Source of the DNA: Snowella sp.
GTDB lineage: Bacteria > Cyanobacteriota > Cyanobacteriia > Cyanobacteriales > Microcystaceae
DNA: 64,000 nt
Assembly: GCA_035285545.1 (NCBI GenBank)
Contig: JAYKGY010000104.1
Coordinates: forward strand, 1 to 64,000
Direction of reading: 5' to 3'
The notes below the pieces were generated by a model. The model searched no databases and was not told the DNA's origin. It was given only the letters and a program-made list of their open reading frames with translations. The translations under genes and the position numbers were made by a program. Position 1 is the first letter of the stretch, and each line of letters starts with the position of its first letter. This document shows positions 20,675 through 30,500 of the stretch, piece after piece.

Positions 20675-22576
20675 TTAAGGCTGCGGTTTTTTCTCTGCGG
20701 CTTGGGGATCTAACACATTCAGCGCGGAGGCAGAGGAGGGGGGAATTCCTTTAATGGCAATAAGGGCTTCCATTACTTTTTTGACAACGGGAGCCGCAAC
20801 CGTTCCGCCGTAGGTCTGACCTCCCTGGGGTTCATCAATTACCGCCATGACGACATAACGGGGTTTTTCCACAGGTAAAATTGCCACAAAACTGGTGATT
20901 CTGGCATTCGGTAAATAGCCGCCTCTGGGGCCTGCTTTTTGGGCCGTTCCTGTTTTTCCGCCGATGCGATAGCCATTGATTTGGGCTTTTTTGGCGGTTC
21001 CTTTCGTAACCACATTTTCCATCATCTGCACAACCCGATAGGCAACATCCTGACTAAAAATGGTTTTTATCGGATAATTCGGTTGCCAATGCAGAGTTCC
21101 ACTGGTATCAACTAGTCCTTTGACTAAATGGGGAGTCACCAGTTTGCCACCGTTGGCGAGAGCCGCATTGAGTTGTAAAAGTTTAACCGGCGTAATCGAA
21201 TGTCCTTGCCCAAAAGACGTTGTGGCGACTTCAATCGGTTGACTAATAAAGGCTTCACGGGGTTTTAGATAACTTGCGACTTCCCCTGGTAAATCGATTC
21301 CCGTCCTACTATCGAAACCCGCTTCTTGCAGCAGACTGTAGTAATGAGCAGGACTTAGGCGACGCATTAATGCCACCATGCCGACATTACTAGAGGTTTG
21401 GATAATGTGGCTAACGTTAACCGCTCCGCCTCCCCGTTTATCCGAGTTAGAAATTGTCCAAGGCCCGACTCGGATGGAGCCTGGATCAGACACAACGGTT
21501 TCGGGCGTAAAAGCTTTGGCATTCAGACCCAGGGCAACAGTGAAGGGTTTTAAGGTTGACCCTGGTTCGTAGAGATCACTGACCGACCAATTTTTAAATA
21601 ACTCCACTTTAGCCTGAGCATACTGATTGGGATTAAAGGTCGGCTCATTAACCATTGTGATGATCGAGCCATCCCAAGAATCCATAATCAATACGGTTCC
21701 TTTTTTCGCTTTAAATGCTTTTAACTGATCCTTTAAAATTTCCCGTGCTGCCCGTTGCAAACGCATATCCAGGGTTAATTGTACCTGCCAATCATTGGAT
21801 TTCAGTAAATCCTGGGGTAAAAAGGCGGGGAGAATCGTTCCCTGACCCGATCGCCGGATATACAAACTTAAGGCATTGCGTTCTAATAACTCGCGCTGAC
21901 TTAATTCAATTCCGGCTTGGCCACGGTGATCCCCATCGGTATACCCCACCACTTCAGCCGCCATATCATCCTGAGGATAAAAACGGGCATATTGCTGCTC
22001 TAATTCCAAACCATCTAATTTTAGATCCTTAATTTTAGCCGCTTGGGATTCACTCAAACGAGTGGCTAGCTTAATGCCGCTGCGTCGCTGTTCAAATCGT
22101 TGCACCAATTGCTCCGGTGTCCGATCCCCCAAAATGATTGCTAATTTTTCTGCCATTTCGGTATTAGGAATCTTAAACAATTTGGGATGGACATAAAGCG
22201 TGTACATTAACGCATCGGTTGCAAGAACGTTTCCCAAACTATCGATAATATTGCGACGGGGAATATAGGGTTGCAGATTCGTGGTTTGTTGGGCTTGGGC
22301 CTTTTTCTGTAAAGAATCCGCTTGAACCACTTGGAGTTGATAGAGTTTATAGCCTAGTCCAACAACCCCCGCTAATAAAACAGCCCAAACCGTAATTAAT
22401 CGGCCCGTTGGTAAGGGAAGGGATTTTAGTTGTGCAGATTTCGGCGATCGAGACGGTGGGCTATTTTTAGGGCTGGGTTTAGCCGGAACCGATTTTAGCT
22501 TAGCAGGCTTTTTCCGACTTTTGGGTCGGGTGGGATGGGAAGTCAGCGGTTTAGCTTTAAAGTGAGAAGAAGCCAT
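20675..22576 (-). CDS. ftsI: Class B penicillin-binding protein (FtsI/PBP3)
   Basis: Single TM helix; YEPGSTLK (SxxK), SSN (SxN) and KTG motifs. Confidence 0.88.
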   Translation of the reverse strand: MASSHFKAKPLTSHPTRPKSRKKPAKLKSVPAKPSPKNSPPSRSPKSAQLKSLPLPTGRLITVWAVLLAGVVGLGYKLYQLQVVQADSLQKKAQAQQTTNLQPYIPRRNIIDSLGNVLATDALMYTLYVHPKLFKIPNTEMAEKLAIILGDRTPEQLVQRFEQRRSGIKLATRLSESQAAKIKDLKLDGLELEQQYARFYPQDDMAAEVVGYTDGDHRGQAGIELSQRELLERNALSLYIRRSGQGTILPAFLPQDLLKSNDWQVQLTLDMRLQRAAREILKDQLKAFKAKKGTVLIMDSWDGSIITMVNEPTFNPNQYAQAKVELFKNWSVSDLYEPGSTLKPFTVALGLNAKAFTPETVVSDPGSIRVGPWTISNSDKRGGGAVNVSHIIQTSSNVGMVALMRRLSPAHYYSLLQEAGFDSRTGIDLPGEVASYLKPREAFISQPIEVATTSFGQGHSITPVKLLQLNAALANGGKLVTPHLVKGLVDTSGTLHWQPNYPIKTIFSQDVAYRVVQMMENVVTKGTAKKAQINGYRIGGKTGTAQKAGPRGGYLPNARITSFVAILPVEKPRYVVMAVIDEPQGGQTYGGTVAAPVVKKVMEALIAIKGIPPSSASALNVLDPQAAEKKPQP

Positions 22577-22696
22577 ACTAAGTTAAGATTACCGTTTTGC
22601 AATCATTTATTTTTTAGTTATCTAAGATTAAGATTCAGGAATTACCGTCAATTAAATTTGGGGATAATTCGTTGCCTTACTCTATTATTCAGTCTA

Positions 22697-23203
22697 TTAA
22701 TAAGCCAGGGGTTTTTGGTTCAAAATTAAATCTGTTGGCGGTTCGGAAGCGTTAGCAACGCGCTTGACTGTTGCAGGACTACTGGGTAGAAAAATATTGT
22801 AGTTGGGATTAGGACGGACGAAACCAGAATTGGGTTTTTCTGCTTGTTGCGCTAATTGATTTTTCAAAATTTCGTTGGTAGCGACTAATTGACGCTCATT
22901 ATTTTGCAGCGATCGCAGTTTTTTATATTCGTGGCTCCAGGTGCGGGGAGTATAAACACTTAAAGCATAGACCGCTAACGCAACGCCAACTAAGCCAAAG
23001 GTCATCACAGAGGTAGCTTGCTGAAAACGGAGTAGGAATTGTAAGCCGGTCGGCAAGGGGTTTTGAGGGAGATGAATGGGGGGAGCCGACGAGGGCTTTT
23101 GAGAACGCATTCTGCGGGTTGAGGCTATACGTTGGGGAGTCGCAGGGGCTTTCTGAGAAGCTGACGTTAGCTTGGGAGGAAATTGTTTAGGCAGGGCGGT
23201 CAT
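22697..23203 (-). CDS. Bitopic coiled-coil protein upstream of ftsI (FtsL-like)
   Basis: Basic N-terminus, one TM helix, then a heptad segment (YKKLRSLQNNERQLVATNEILKNQLAQQAE); ATG at 23203. Confidence 0.7.
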   Translation of the reverse strand: MTALPKQFPPKLTSASQKAPATPQRIASTRRMRSQKPSSAPPIHLPQNPLPTGLQFLLRFQQATSVMTFGLVGVALAVYALSVYTPRTWSHEYKKLRSLQNNERQLVATNEILKNQLAQQAEKPNSGFVRPNPNYNIFLPSSPATVKRVANASEPPTDLILNQKPLAY

Positions 23204-23695
23204 AGTGTGGTTAACAAATTCAAGTAAGAAGGGTGAAAATGACGAGGATGGTCGCAAGGCAATCCAAGCGTATCATTTTTATGATAAGAGCTATGTCGTT
23301 TTTTGATAATCAATTTGTTCCCTGGTTTTCGCTCATTAACTCAATTTGATTGAGTGCTTTTGAACTAGTCTTTTTCCTAAGTCTTAAATCATTGCCTCCT
23401 AACCGATTTCTTCCTTAAAGCTCTTCGTTTAGGTAGGGTTTAACTTAAAAACAAGCTACGAACTACTTTGGGAAAATGTTTCAGACCCGATCTATCGAGG
23501 AAACAGGAGATCAAAATTTGGGATCACGGGTTGATCCCCCTGGGCAAGAATTTATTTCTTTGACTTTTTTTAATATTTTCTAAAGGAAACGCGATCGCTC
23601 AATTTGGGGAAAAGTCCTGGGAGGAAGCAGAGTAGAATAGAAAGGTCTTATTCCTAAAGTCCCGAATCGCGCGGGTTTTGCGAATCGCTTGTTTT

Positions 23696-26623
23696 ATGTC
23701 TCATTCTGCACCATTACTGATTCTCATTGATGGCCATTCCCTTGCCTTTCGGGCCTATTATGCCTTTGCAACTTCTAAGCGCGGCCCCCTACGCACGGCA
23801 AATGGGACTCCCACCAGTGTCTGTTTTGGTTTTTTAAACTCCTTAATCCAAGTGATTGAGTCTCAGCAACCCCAAGCGATCGCGATCGCCTTTGACCGTC
23901 GAGAACCCACCTTTCGCCATGAAGCCGACGCTAACTATAAAGCGGATCGTCAAGAAACCCCAGAGGAATTTATTGTTGATTTAAAAAATTTGCGGCACTT
24001 GTTAACGGCTTTGAACTTACAAACGATTACCTATGCAGGCTACGAAGCCGATGATATTTTAGGCACTCTCGCCCATCAAGCCAGTGAAGCCAATTATCAA
24101 GTGAAGATCGTTAGCGGCGATCGCGATCTCTTCCAATTAGTAGATCCTCAGAAAAATATCAGTGTTTTATATTTAGAAAGAAATCCCTTTCAAGGCATCG
24201 CCAGCAACAGCTATAGTGAATTTGATACCGAAGCGGTTATCAGCAAAATGGGCGTTAAACCCGAACAAATTATTGATTATAAAGCCCTGTGTGGGGATAA
24301 ATCCGATAACATTCCAGGGGTAAAAGGTATCGGTGAAAAAACAGCCGTTAAATTATTACAGGAATACGGCACCTTAGAAGCCATTTATAACAATTTAGAT
24401 AAAATTAAAGGAGCGGTTAAAACCAAATTAGAACAGGGAAAACAAGAGGCTTATCATTCTCGTCATTTAGCCGAAATTATTACCCAGGTTCCTTTAGATA
24501 ATGCTTTAGAAACTTTTTACTTAAACGGCTTTGATCGTGAATCCGTCAAAACGATTTTAGCCGAGCTAGAACTTAAAACTTTTATCGACAAAATTGACCA
24601 ACTCCAAGTTCAATTTGGCGGAAAAGTAGTTGCTCCAATAGCGACCCAATCTCAAACTTTTACACCTCCTTCTGAAGCAAAAGATAATCAACAATTATCG
24701 TTATTTAATGCCAATACTGAAACAGAAAAAATTGAACCCAATCAAGCGTTAATTGTCGAACAAACCATTATTCAACCTGAAATTATTGATACCCCAGAAA
24801 AATTAGCCATACTGATTAATCGGTTAGACAATTATACAAACCTTGAAGAACCCGTTGCCTGGGATACGGAAACCACCGGATTAGATCCCATGAATACCCA
24901 GTTAGTGGGGATCGGTTGTGCCTGGGGCAACGCGATTACAGACATTGCCTACATTCCTGTGGGGCATACATCAGGCCAACAATTGGCTAAATCCGACATT
25001 CTTACAGTTCTTGCGAATTTACTCGAAAGCGATCGCTATCCCAAAGTCTTTCAAAATACCAAATATGATCGATTGGTTTTCAAACATCAAGGAATTCATC
25101 TTAAAGGTGTGGTACTAGACACCATGCTTGCTGATTATATTTTGCACCCCGAACAAGCCCATAACTTAACCGAATTATGTCGTCGTTATTGCTTAGGAAT
25201 AGTTGCCCTAAGTTACAAGGATTTAGGTATTCCTAAAGGACAAAATATTTCCCATTTAGAAATCGAAAAAGTTGCCCATTATTGCGGGCTTGATGCCTAC
25301 GCGACCTGGCAATTAGTCCAACCTTTGCGAACAGAATTAAAAGCGATTCCAGAACTAGAGAATTTATTGAACACGATTGAAAATCCCTTGGAAGCCATTT
25401 TAGCAGAAATGGAAGATCGCGGCATTCAAATAGATGTGGGGTATTTAAAGGAATTCTCAAAGCAACTCGAAACAGATTTACACCAAATTGAAACAGAAGC
25501 CTATGAACTCGCAGGCGAAAAATTTAATTTAGGCTCGCCCAAACAATTAGGGGAGATCTTATTTGAAAAATTGGGATTAAATGTTAAAAAATCTCGCAAA
25601 ACCAAAACAGGTTATTCCACCGATCACGCTATTTTAGAAAAACTCCAGGGTGATCATCCCATTATTGATAAAATTCTGAGCCATCGCACCCTATCTAAAC
25701 TTAAATCTACCTACGTTGATGCCCTACCGACGCTGGTTAATCCCAAAACCCAACGGGTTCATACCGATTTTAACCAAACCGTTACGACTACAGGTCGGCT
25801 TTCTTCCTCTAATCCGAATTTACAAAATATACCAATCCGTACTGAATTTTCTCGCAAGATTCGCCAAGCTTTTATTCCTCAAGAAAATTGGGTCTTAGTT
25901 TCCGCCGATTACTCCCAAATCGAGCTACGGATTCTCGCCCATTTAAGCCAGGAACCCGTTTTATTAGAAGCCTATCGCAACTATCAAGATGTCCACCGTG
26001 TCACCGCTCAATTACTGTTTGAAAAAGAAGAGATTACTTCAGCCGAACGCAACTTGGGCAAAACCATTAATTTTGGCGTTATCTACGGTATGGGAGCGCA
26101 ACGTTTTGCCAGGGAAGCAGGGGTCAGCACCGACCAAGGACGCAAATTCATTAACCGTTATCGGGAAACCTATTCTCAAGTTTTCAATTATTTAGAAAGC
26201 ATGAAAAAAGCCGCGATCGCCGATGGTTTTGTATCTACCCTTTATGGCAGAAGACGTTACTTTGAATTTAGTAGCCCTGACCTAAGAAAATTACGAGGTA
26301 GCGATCCTCAAGCAATCGATTTAGAAAGTGTAGAGATTAACTACACAGATGCTCAATTGCTACGTTCTGCGGCCAATGCCCCTATCCAGGGATCAAGTGC
26401 CGATATTATCAAAATTGCCATGATTGAGTTAGATAAAATTTTGGCAAACTATCAAGCAAATTTGTTATTACAAGTCCACGATGAATTGATTTTTGAAATG
26501 CCGCCCCAGGAATGGGAAATATTAGAAGACGAAATTAAAACCATAATGGAACAAGCGGTTTCTTTGAGTATTCCCTTAGTGGTTGAAATTCATTCAGGCA
26601 AAAATTGGATGGAAGCAAAATAA
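23696..26623 (+). CDS. polA: DNA polymerase I
   Basis: 5'-3' exonuclease LIDGHSLAFRAYY; 3'-5' exonuclease DTETTG; polymerase motifs ADYSQIELR and LQVHDEL. Confidence 0.98.
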   Translation: MSHSAPLLILIDGHSLAFRAYYAFATSKRGPLRTANGTPTSVCFGFLNSLIQVIESQQPQAIAIAFDRREPTFRHEADANYKADRQETPEEFIVDLKNLRHLLTALNLQTITYAGYEADDILGTLAHQASEANYQVKIVSGDRDLFQLVDPQKNISVLYLERNPFQGIASNSYSEFDTEAVISKMGVKPEQIIDYKALCGDKSDNIPGVKGIGEKTAVKLLQEYGTLEAIYNNLDKIKGAVKTKLEQGKQEAYHSRHLAEIITQVPLDNALETFYLNGFDRESVKTILAELELKTFIDKIDQLQVQFGGKVVAPIATQSQTFTPPSEAKDNQQLSLFNANTETEKIEPNQALIVEQTIIQPEIIDTPEKLAILINRLDNYTNLEEPVAWDTETTGLDPMNTQLVGIGCAWGNAITDIAYIPVGHTSGQQLAKSDILTVLANLLESDRYPKVFQNTKYDRLVFKHQGIHLKGVVLDTMLADYILHPEQAHNLTELCRRYCLGIVALSYKDLGIPKGQNISHLEIEKVAHYCGLDAYATWQLVQPLRTELKAIPELENLLNTIENPLEAILAEMEDRGIQIDVGYLKEFSKQLETDLHQIETEAYELAGEKFNLGSPKQLGEILFEKLGLNVKKSRKTKTGYSTDHAILEKLQGDHPIIDKILSHRTLSKLKSTYVDALPTLVNPKTQRVHTDFNQTVTTTGRLSSSNPNLQNIPIRTEFSRKIRQAFIPQENWVLVSADYSQIELRILAHLSQEPVLLEAYRNYQDVHRVTAQLLFEKEEITSAERNLGKTINFGVIYGMGAQRFAREAGVSTDQGRKFINRYRETYSQVFNYLESMKKAAIADGFVSTLYGRRRYFEFSSPDLRKLRGSDPQAIDLESVEINYTDAQLLRSAANAPIQGSSADIIKIAMIELDKILANYQANLLLQVHDELIFEMPPQEWEILEDEIKTIMEQAVSLSIPLVVEIHSGKNWMEAK

Positions 26624-27069
26624 TCTATGATTAGAAATCATATTCAATCCGCCTTTAAATATTCAAAAAATAACAATCAGTTAAATCAGAAAACAATCGT
26701 TTTATTCACTTTAGTTTGCTCTAGATTTTGGCTTCCTATTTGATATTCTTGATATCGATTTTTGGGATAATTAAGAATTTGCTAAACTAATAGAAGTTTT
26801 TTATGCCTTGCAATCCCCTTTTATCAAAAATTTATTGAAATTGGATTTTCGTGAAGTCCAGTTCACCAATCAAGAATTATAGATGAATCAAAATTCGTTT
26901 TAGATAATGTCAATTCCGGCTGCAACGGCTACAATTTAGAAACGCGATCGCGACCGTCCAGTTCCCTGCTGGATTAATCTTAAAGACTTGTAACAAGAGG
27001 TTTCCTAATGTAACCAAAATGTTGCAGAGTATTGTTAAACTGTCTTTATTTTTAAGGAGTTAAGCGATT

Positions 27070-27165
27070 ATGGCATTATCCGATACCCAAGTGCTTGTAG
27101 CATTAGTGATTGCATTATTACCTGCTGTTATGGCTTTCCGACTTTCGACGGAACTTTATAAATAA
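27070..27165 (+). CDS. psaM: Photosystem I subunit XII (31 aa; below ORF-track cutoff)
   Basis: Translates MALSDTQVLVALVIALLPAVMAFRLSTELYK*; AAGGAG upstream. Confidence 0.96.
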   Translation: MALSDTQVLVALVIALLPAVMAFRLSTELYK

Positions 27166-27190
27166 GTTGTCGTCACACTGGATAGCTTTT

Positions 27191-27217
27191 TATGGGGCGT
27201 AATTTCTGCGCCCTATA
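27191..27217 (+). terminator. Stem-loop downstream of psaM
   Basis: TATGGGGCGTA-ATTTC-TGCGCCCTATA, an 11-bp stem with two G-U pairs. Confidence 0.55.
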
Positions 27218-27256
27218 GATTTATTAAAAAAACACCCTCAGCTATTCACACTTTCT

Positions 27257-27640
27257 ATGACTGCTCGTTCTTTTCACCCAATTGAGTCCTCCTCGTCTTC
27301 TGTTCCTCTCAAGTCCAAACGTCGCCGCAGTCGTCCCAAACAGTCTATCCAGCCTGAACATCGCTGGTTGGTTTCTGAAATTGTTCTCAAATTAGGGTTT
27401 AATGGCATTCTTGCTGTCGGCGCGATCGCGGCTTTAGTCCGTTTATTGCCCTATCAACAGGTACAACAGGTCAAGCTCCACGAAGTCCAAATGCAAGTCC
27501 AAGAAACTGAAAGACGGGTCAGCGAGTTACGCAATAAATTCAACCGCAACTTTGATCCCCAACAAATCCGCAAGATTATGGAAGAACAAAGCCCCCGTCT
27601 CGATCCCAATCAGCGCAATATCTTTTTAACCAATCCTTAA
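27257..27640 (+). CDS. Conserved cyanobacterial bitopic coiled-coil protein (slr1601-like, putative cell-division protein)
   Basis: Basic N-terminus, one TM helix, LLPYQ..QQ.KL.E coiled coil, F.RNFDP motif; lies after psaM. Confidence 0.7.
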   Translation: MTARSFHPIESSSSSVPLKSKRRRSRPKQSIQPEHRWLVSEIVLKLGFNGILAVGAIAALVRLLPYQQVQQVKLHEVQMQVQETERRVSELRNKFNRNFDPQQIRKIMEEQSPRLDPNQRNIFLTNP

Positions 27641-27654
27641 AATTTGTTTGAAAA

Positions 27655-27688
27655 GCCCCTGAACCCCAATGTTAGGGGTATTTTTTTC
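27655..27688 (+). terminator. Probable intrinsic terminator
   Basis: GCCCCTGAAC...GTTAGGGGT hairpin followed by a T-run. Confidence 0.45.
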
Positions 27689-27778
27689 ATCGGATTCTCC
27701 AGCGATCGCGATCGATCCCAACCACTGCCTGAACCTGCTACCCTGTAAAAGATAATTCAGGAGTTGAACGGAAAAGTC

Positions 27779-29710
27779 ATGCAAACCGAAGATCGGGTTT
27801 CCTTGAGACCAGAAGTACCCCTTGAGCAAACGAAAAATGCTATTCAAGCCAGCCAAAATTACCTTCTATCTTTGCAATACCCTGATGGCTTTTGGTGGTC
27901 AGAATTAGAATCTAACGTGACCATTACCGCCGAAGTCGTTATTCTGCATAAAATTTGGGGGACGGACAAAGACAGACCCTTACATAAAGCTGAAAATTAC
28001 CTCCGTCAACAACAACGGGAACATGGCGGCTGGGAACTCTACTACGGAGATGGTGGCGAAATCAGCACCAGTGTCGAAGCCTACATGGCCTTAAGGGTTT
28101 TAGGCGTTCCCGCAGACGATCCCGCACTCCTGAAAGCCAAAGAATTTATCCTATCCAAAGGGGGCATCAGCAAAAGTCGTATTTTCACCAAAATGCACTT
28201 GGCCCTGATTGGTTGCTATGACTGGCGCGGTACTCCCTCGATTCCCCCTTGGGTCATGCTATTCCCCGATTGGCTTTTCTTCAATATTTACGAGCTATCG
28301 AGTTGGGCCCGTTCCAGTACGGTTCCTCTGATGATCGTCTGTGACCAAAAACCCATTTACAATATCGCCAACGATCTCCGCCTCGATGAACTCTACGCTG
28401 AAGGTATTGAAAACGTTAAATACGAACTCCCCCGCAACGGTAACTGGGCCGATAGCTTCGTTACTTTAGATCATCTATTCAAATTAACAGAGCAGTTAAA
28501 TATTGTTCCTTTACGTGAGCAGGGTCTGAAAGCAGCCGAAAAATGGATTTTAGAACGCCAAGAAGTCAGTGGCGATTGGGGCGGTATTATCCCTGCCATG
28601 CTGAACTCTCTTTTAGCCCTAAAAGTTTTGGGTTACGACGTAAATGATCCCTTTGTGCAACGGGGTCTAGCGGCGATCGATAATTTTGCCATTGAAACCG
28701 AAGACAGCTATTGTATTCAAGCCTGTGTTTCTCCTGTGTGGGATACAGCTTGGGTGGTTCGTGCCTTAACGGAATCGGGTTTTAATCCGTCTGATCCTGC
28801 TCTCGTCAAAGCGGGGGAATGGCTGATCAAAAAACAGATCCTCACCTATGGGGATTGGCAAGTTAAAAACAAAATCGGTAAGCCAGGCGGTTGGGCCTTT
28901 GAATTTGATAATAATTTCTATCCTGACCTCGATGATTCGGCTGTGGTCGTTATGGCGTTACATGGCCTCAATTTACCCGATGAAGCGGCGAAAAAAGGCG
29001 CAATGCAACGGGGATTAGAGTGGATGGCGACCATGCAATGTCAACCAGGGGGCTGGGCTGCTTTTGATATTGATAATGATCAAGCCTGGCTGAATGAATT
29101 ACCCTATGGCGATCTCAAAGCCATGATCGATCCCAATACTGCCGATGTTACCGCTAGAGTATTGGAAATGGTGGGGTCTTGTAATCTCTCGATGGAAAGC
29201 GATCGCATTGAACGAGCCTTAGCCTATTTAGAAAAAGAACAGGAAGCAGACGGCAGTTGGTTTGGGCGTTGGGGTGTGAATTATATCTATGGAACCAGTG
29301 GGGTCATTTCTGCCTTAGCCGCGATCGCGCCTGAACGGTATCAAACCCGTTTAGAAAAAGCAATGAATTGGTTACTCAGTTGTCAAAATGTTGATGGCGG
29401 TTGGGGTGAAACCTGCGAAAGTTACAAGGATGTTAGCCTCAAAGGTCAGGGAGTCAGTACGGCTTCCCAAACGGCTTGGGCTTTGTTGGGTCTGATTGAT
29501 GGCAGCAAGGCAACAGGAAAAATTGCGAAAGCAGCCATTGAACGCGGTATTCAGTATCTCGTTTCGACTCAAAAAGCTGATGGAAGTTGGGATGAAGCCG
29601 AATTTACAGGAACAGGTTTTCCTTGCCATTTCTACATTCGTTACCACATGTATCGGCAGTATTTCCCGCTTTTGGCTTTGGGACGTTATCAGCAGTTAGT
29701 TAACTTATAG
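27779..29710 (+). CDS. shc: Squalene-hopene cyclase
   Basis: Catalytic YPDLDDSA (DxDD), QW repeats (QEADGSW, QNVDGGW) and TGTGFP motifs. Confidence 0.97.
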   Translation: MQTEDRVSLRPEVPLEQTKNAIQASQNYLLSLQYPDGFWWSELESNVTITAEVVILHKIWGTDKDRPLHKAENYLRQQQREHGGWELYYGDGGEISTSVEAYMALRVLGVPADDPALLKAKEFILSKGGISKSRIFTKMHLALIGCYDWRGTPSIPPWVMLFPDWLFFNIYELSSWARSSTVPLMIVCDQKPIYNIANDLRLDELYAEGIENVKYELPRNGNWADSFVTLDHLFKLTEQLNIVPLREQGLKAAEKWILERQEVSGDWGGIIPAMLNSLLALKVLGYDVNDPFVQRGLAAIDNFAIETEDSYCIQACVSPVWDTAWVVRALTESGFNPSDPALVKAGEWLIKKQILTYGDWQVKNKIGKPGGWAFEFDNNFYPDLDDSAVVVMALHGLNLPDEAAKKGAMQRGLEWMATMQCQPGGWAAFDIDNDQAWLNELPYGDLKAMIDPNTADVTARVLEMVGSCNLSMESDRIERALAYLEKEQEADGSWFGRWGVNYIYGTSGVISALAAIAPERYQTRLEKAMNWLLSCQNVDGGWGETCESYKDVSLKGQGVSTASQTAWALLGLIDGSKATGKIAKAAIERGIQYLVSTQKADGSWDEAEFTGTGFPCHFYIRYHMYRQYFPLLALGRYQQLVNL

Positions 29711-29790
29711 CTTCAATAATTACGGGGGAGTCTGTCTTAACGCTTCTCTCCCTGTTATTCCAAAATTATTGTTAATCGCCTAAAACCTCT

Positions 29791-30192
29791 TCAAATCGTC
29801 TCAAACAATTCATAGTTTATATCCTCAATTTCTTGAAAAACTTCTTCTAAAAAAGGAGCTTTTGAGGTTACGATATTATCTTCCTGACGATCATGTTTAT
29901 GATGGAGAAATGAGGATAAATTAAGTTTTTGGTGGTGAGGAGCATTATCATAACGGAAAATTAAATCCCCTTTTTGATTAATGTACTGATATGAATATTT
30001 ACCTCGGTTTACGTTTATCTCGACTTCGACAAATTCTCGAATATAGAGCCGCGATCCGTCAATAAAAGTAATATTACCCCCAATAAAACCGAGACTCTCT
30101 GTCCGTTTTTCTGTGTCAAGTTCAAATGCTTGAATAATAGTTGAGTTTGTTAGCAGTTTTCTAATTCTCTCAAAGTAAGTCTCAATTAACAA
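29791..30192 (-). CDS. DUF6516 (TumE-like) putative toxin
   Basis: DGSRLYIRE...KYSYQY...IFRYDNAPHH....HHKH motif; TTG at 30192 overlaps the upstream gene's stop (track ORF extends to 30237). Confidence 0.75.
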   Translation of the reverse strand: MLIETYFERIRKLLTNSTIIQAFELDTEKRTESLGFIGGNITFIDGSRLYIREFVEVEINVNRGKYSYQYINQKGDLIFRYDNAPHHQKLNLSSFLHHKHDRQEDNIVTSKAPFLEEVFQEIEDINYELFETI

Positions 30193-30484
30193 ATTCAATC
30201 TCCTGAATGATGGCGATTTTTTGCTGTATTTTGTCAAGCATCCAGGCTTCTCCTAACCATTCATCAAAATCGGGATTATGTTGTAATTGATCGTTGGTAA
30301 AAAGCTGAACAAATTGTTCCGTTGTCCATTGATATTGGGTTTCAAATTGTTTTAAACGAGCTTGAGTTTTTTGCAATCCGTTTTCTAGGTCTTGGAGCCG
30401 ATGGTTCAGATCGTTTTGAATCATGGCTTTAAGGGATTCGGGCTGACTAGAGCGGAGTTTAATCAGGTTTGTTGTAGTTTGCAT
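30182..30484 (-). CDS. Putative antitoxin (TumA-like)
   Basis: Small helical protein with L..FE.QY..TTEQF...F.....DF.EW pattern typical of DUF6516 partners; overlaps the toxin start. Confidence 0.7.
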   Translation of the reverse strand: MQTTTNLIKLRSSQPESLKAMIQNDLNHRLQDLENGLQKTQARLKQFETQYQWTTEQFVQLFTNDQLQHNPDFDEWLGEAWMLDKIQQKIAIIQEIEFVN

Positions 30485-30500
30485 CTTTTGCTCATCAGGG

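Noticed and set aside
26985..27045. HLR1 (RpaB)-like TGTAAC repeats in the psaM promoter
   Set aside because: Half-sites are degenerate and spacing is not the canonical 10 bp; not supportable by eye
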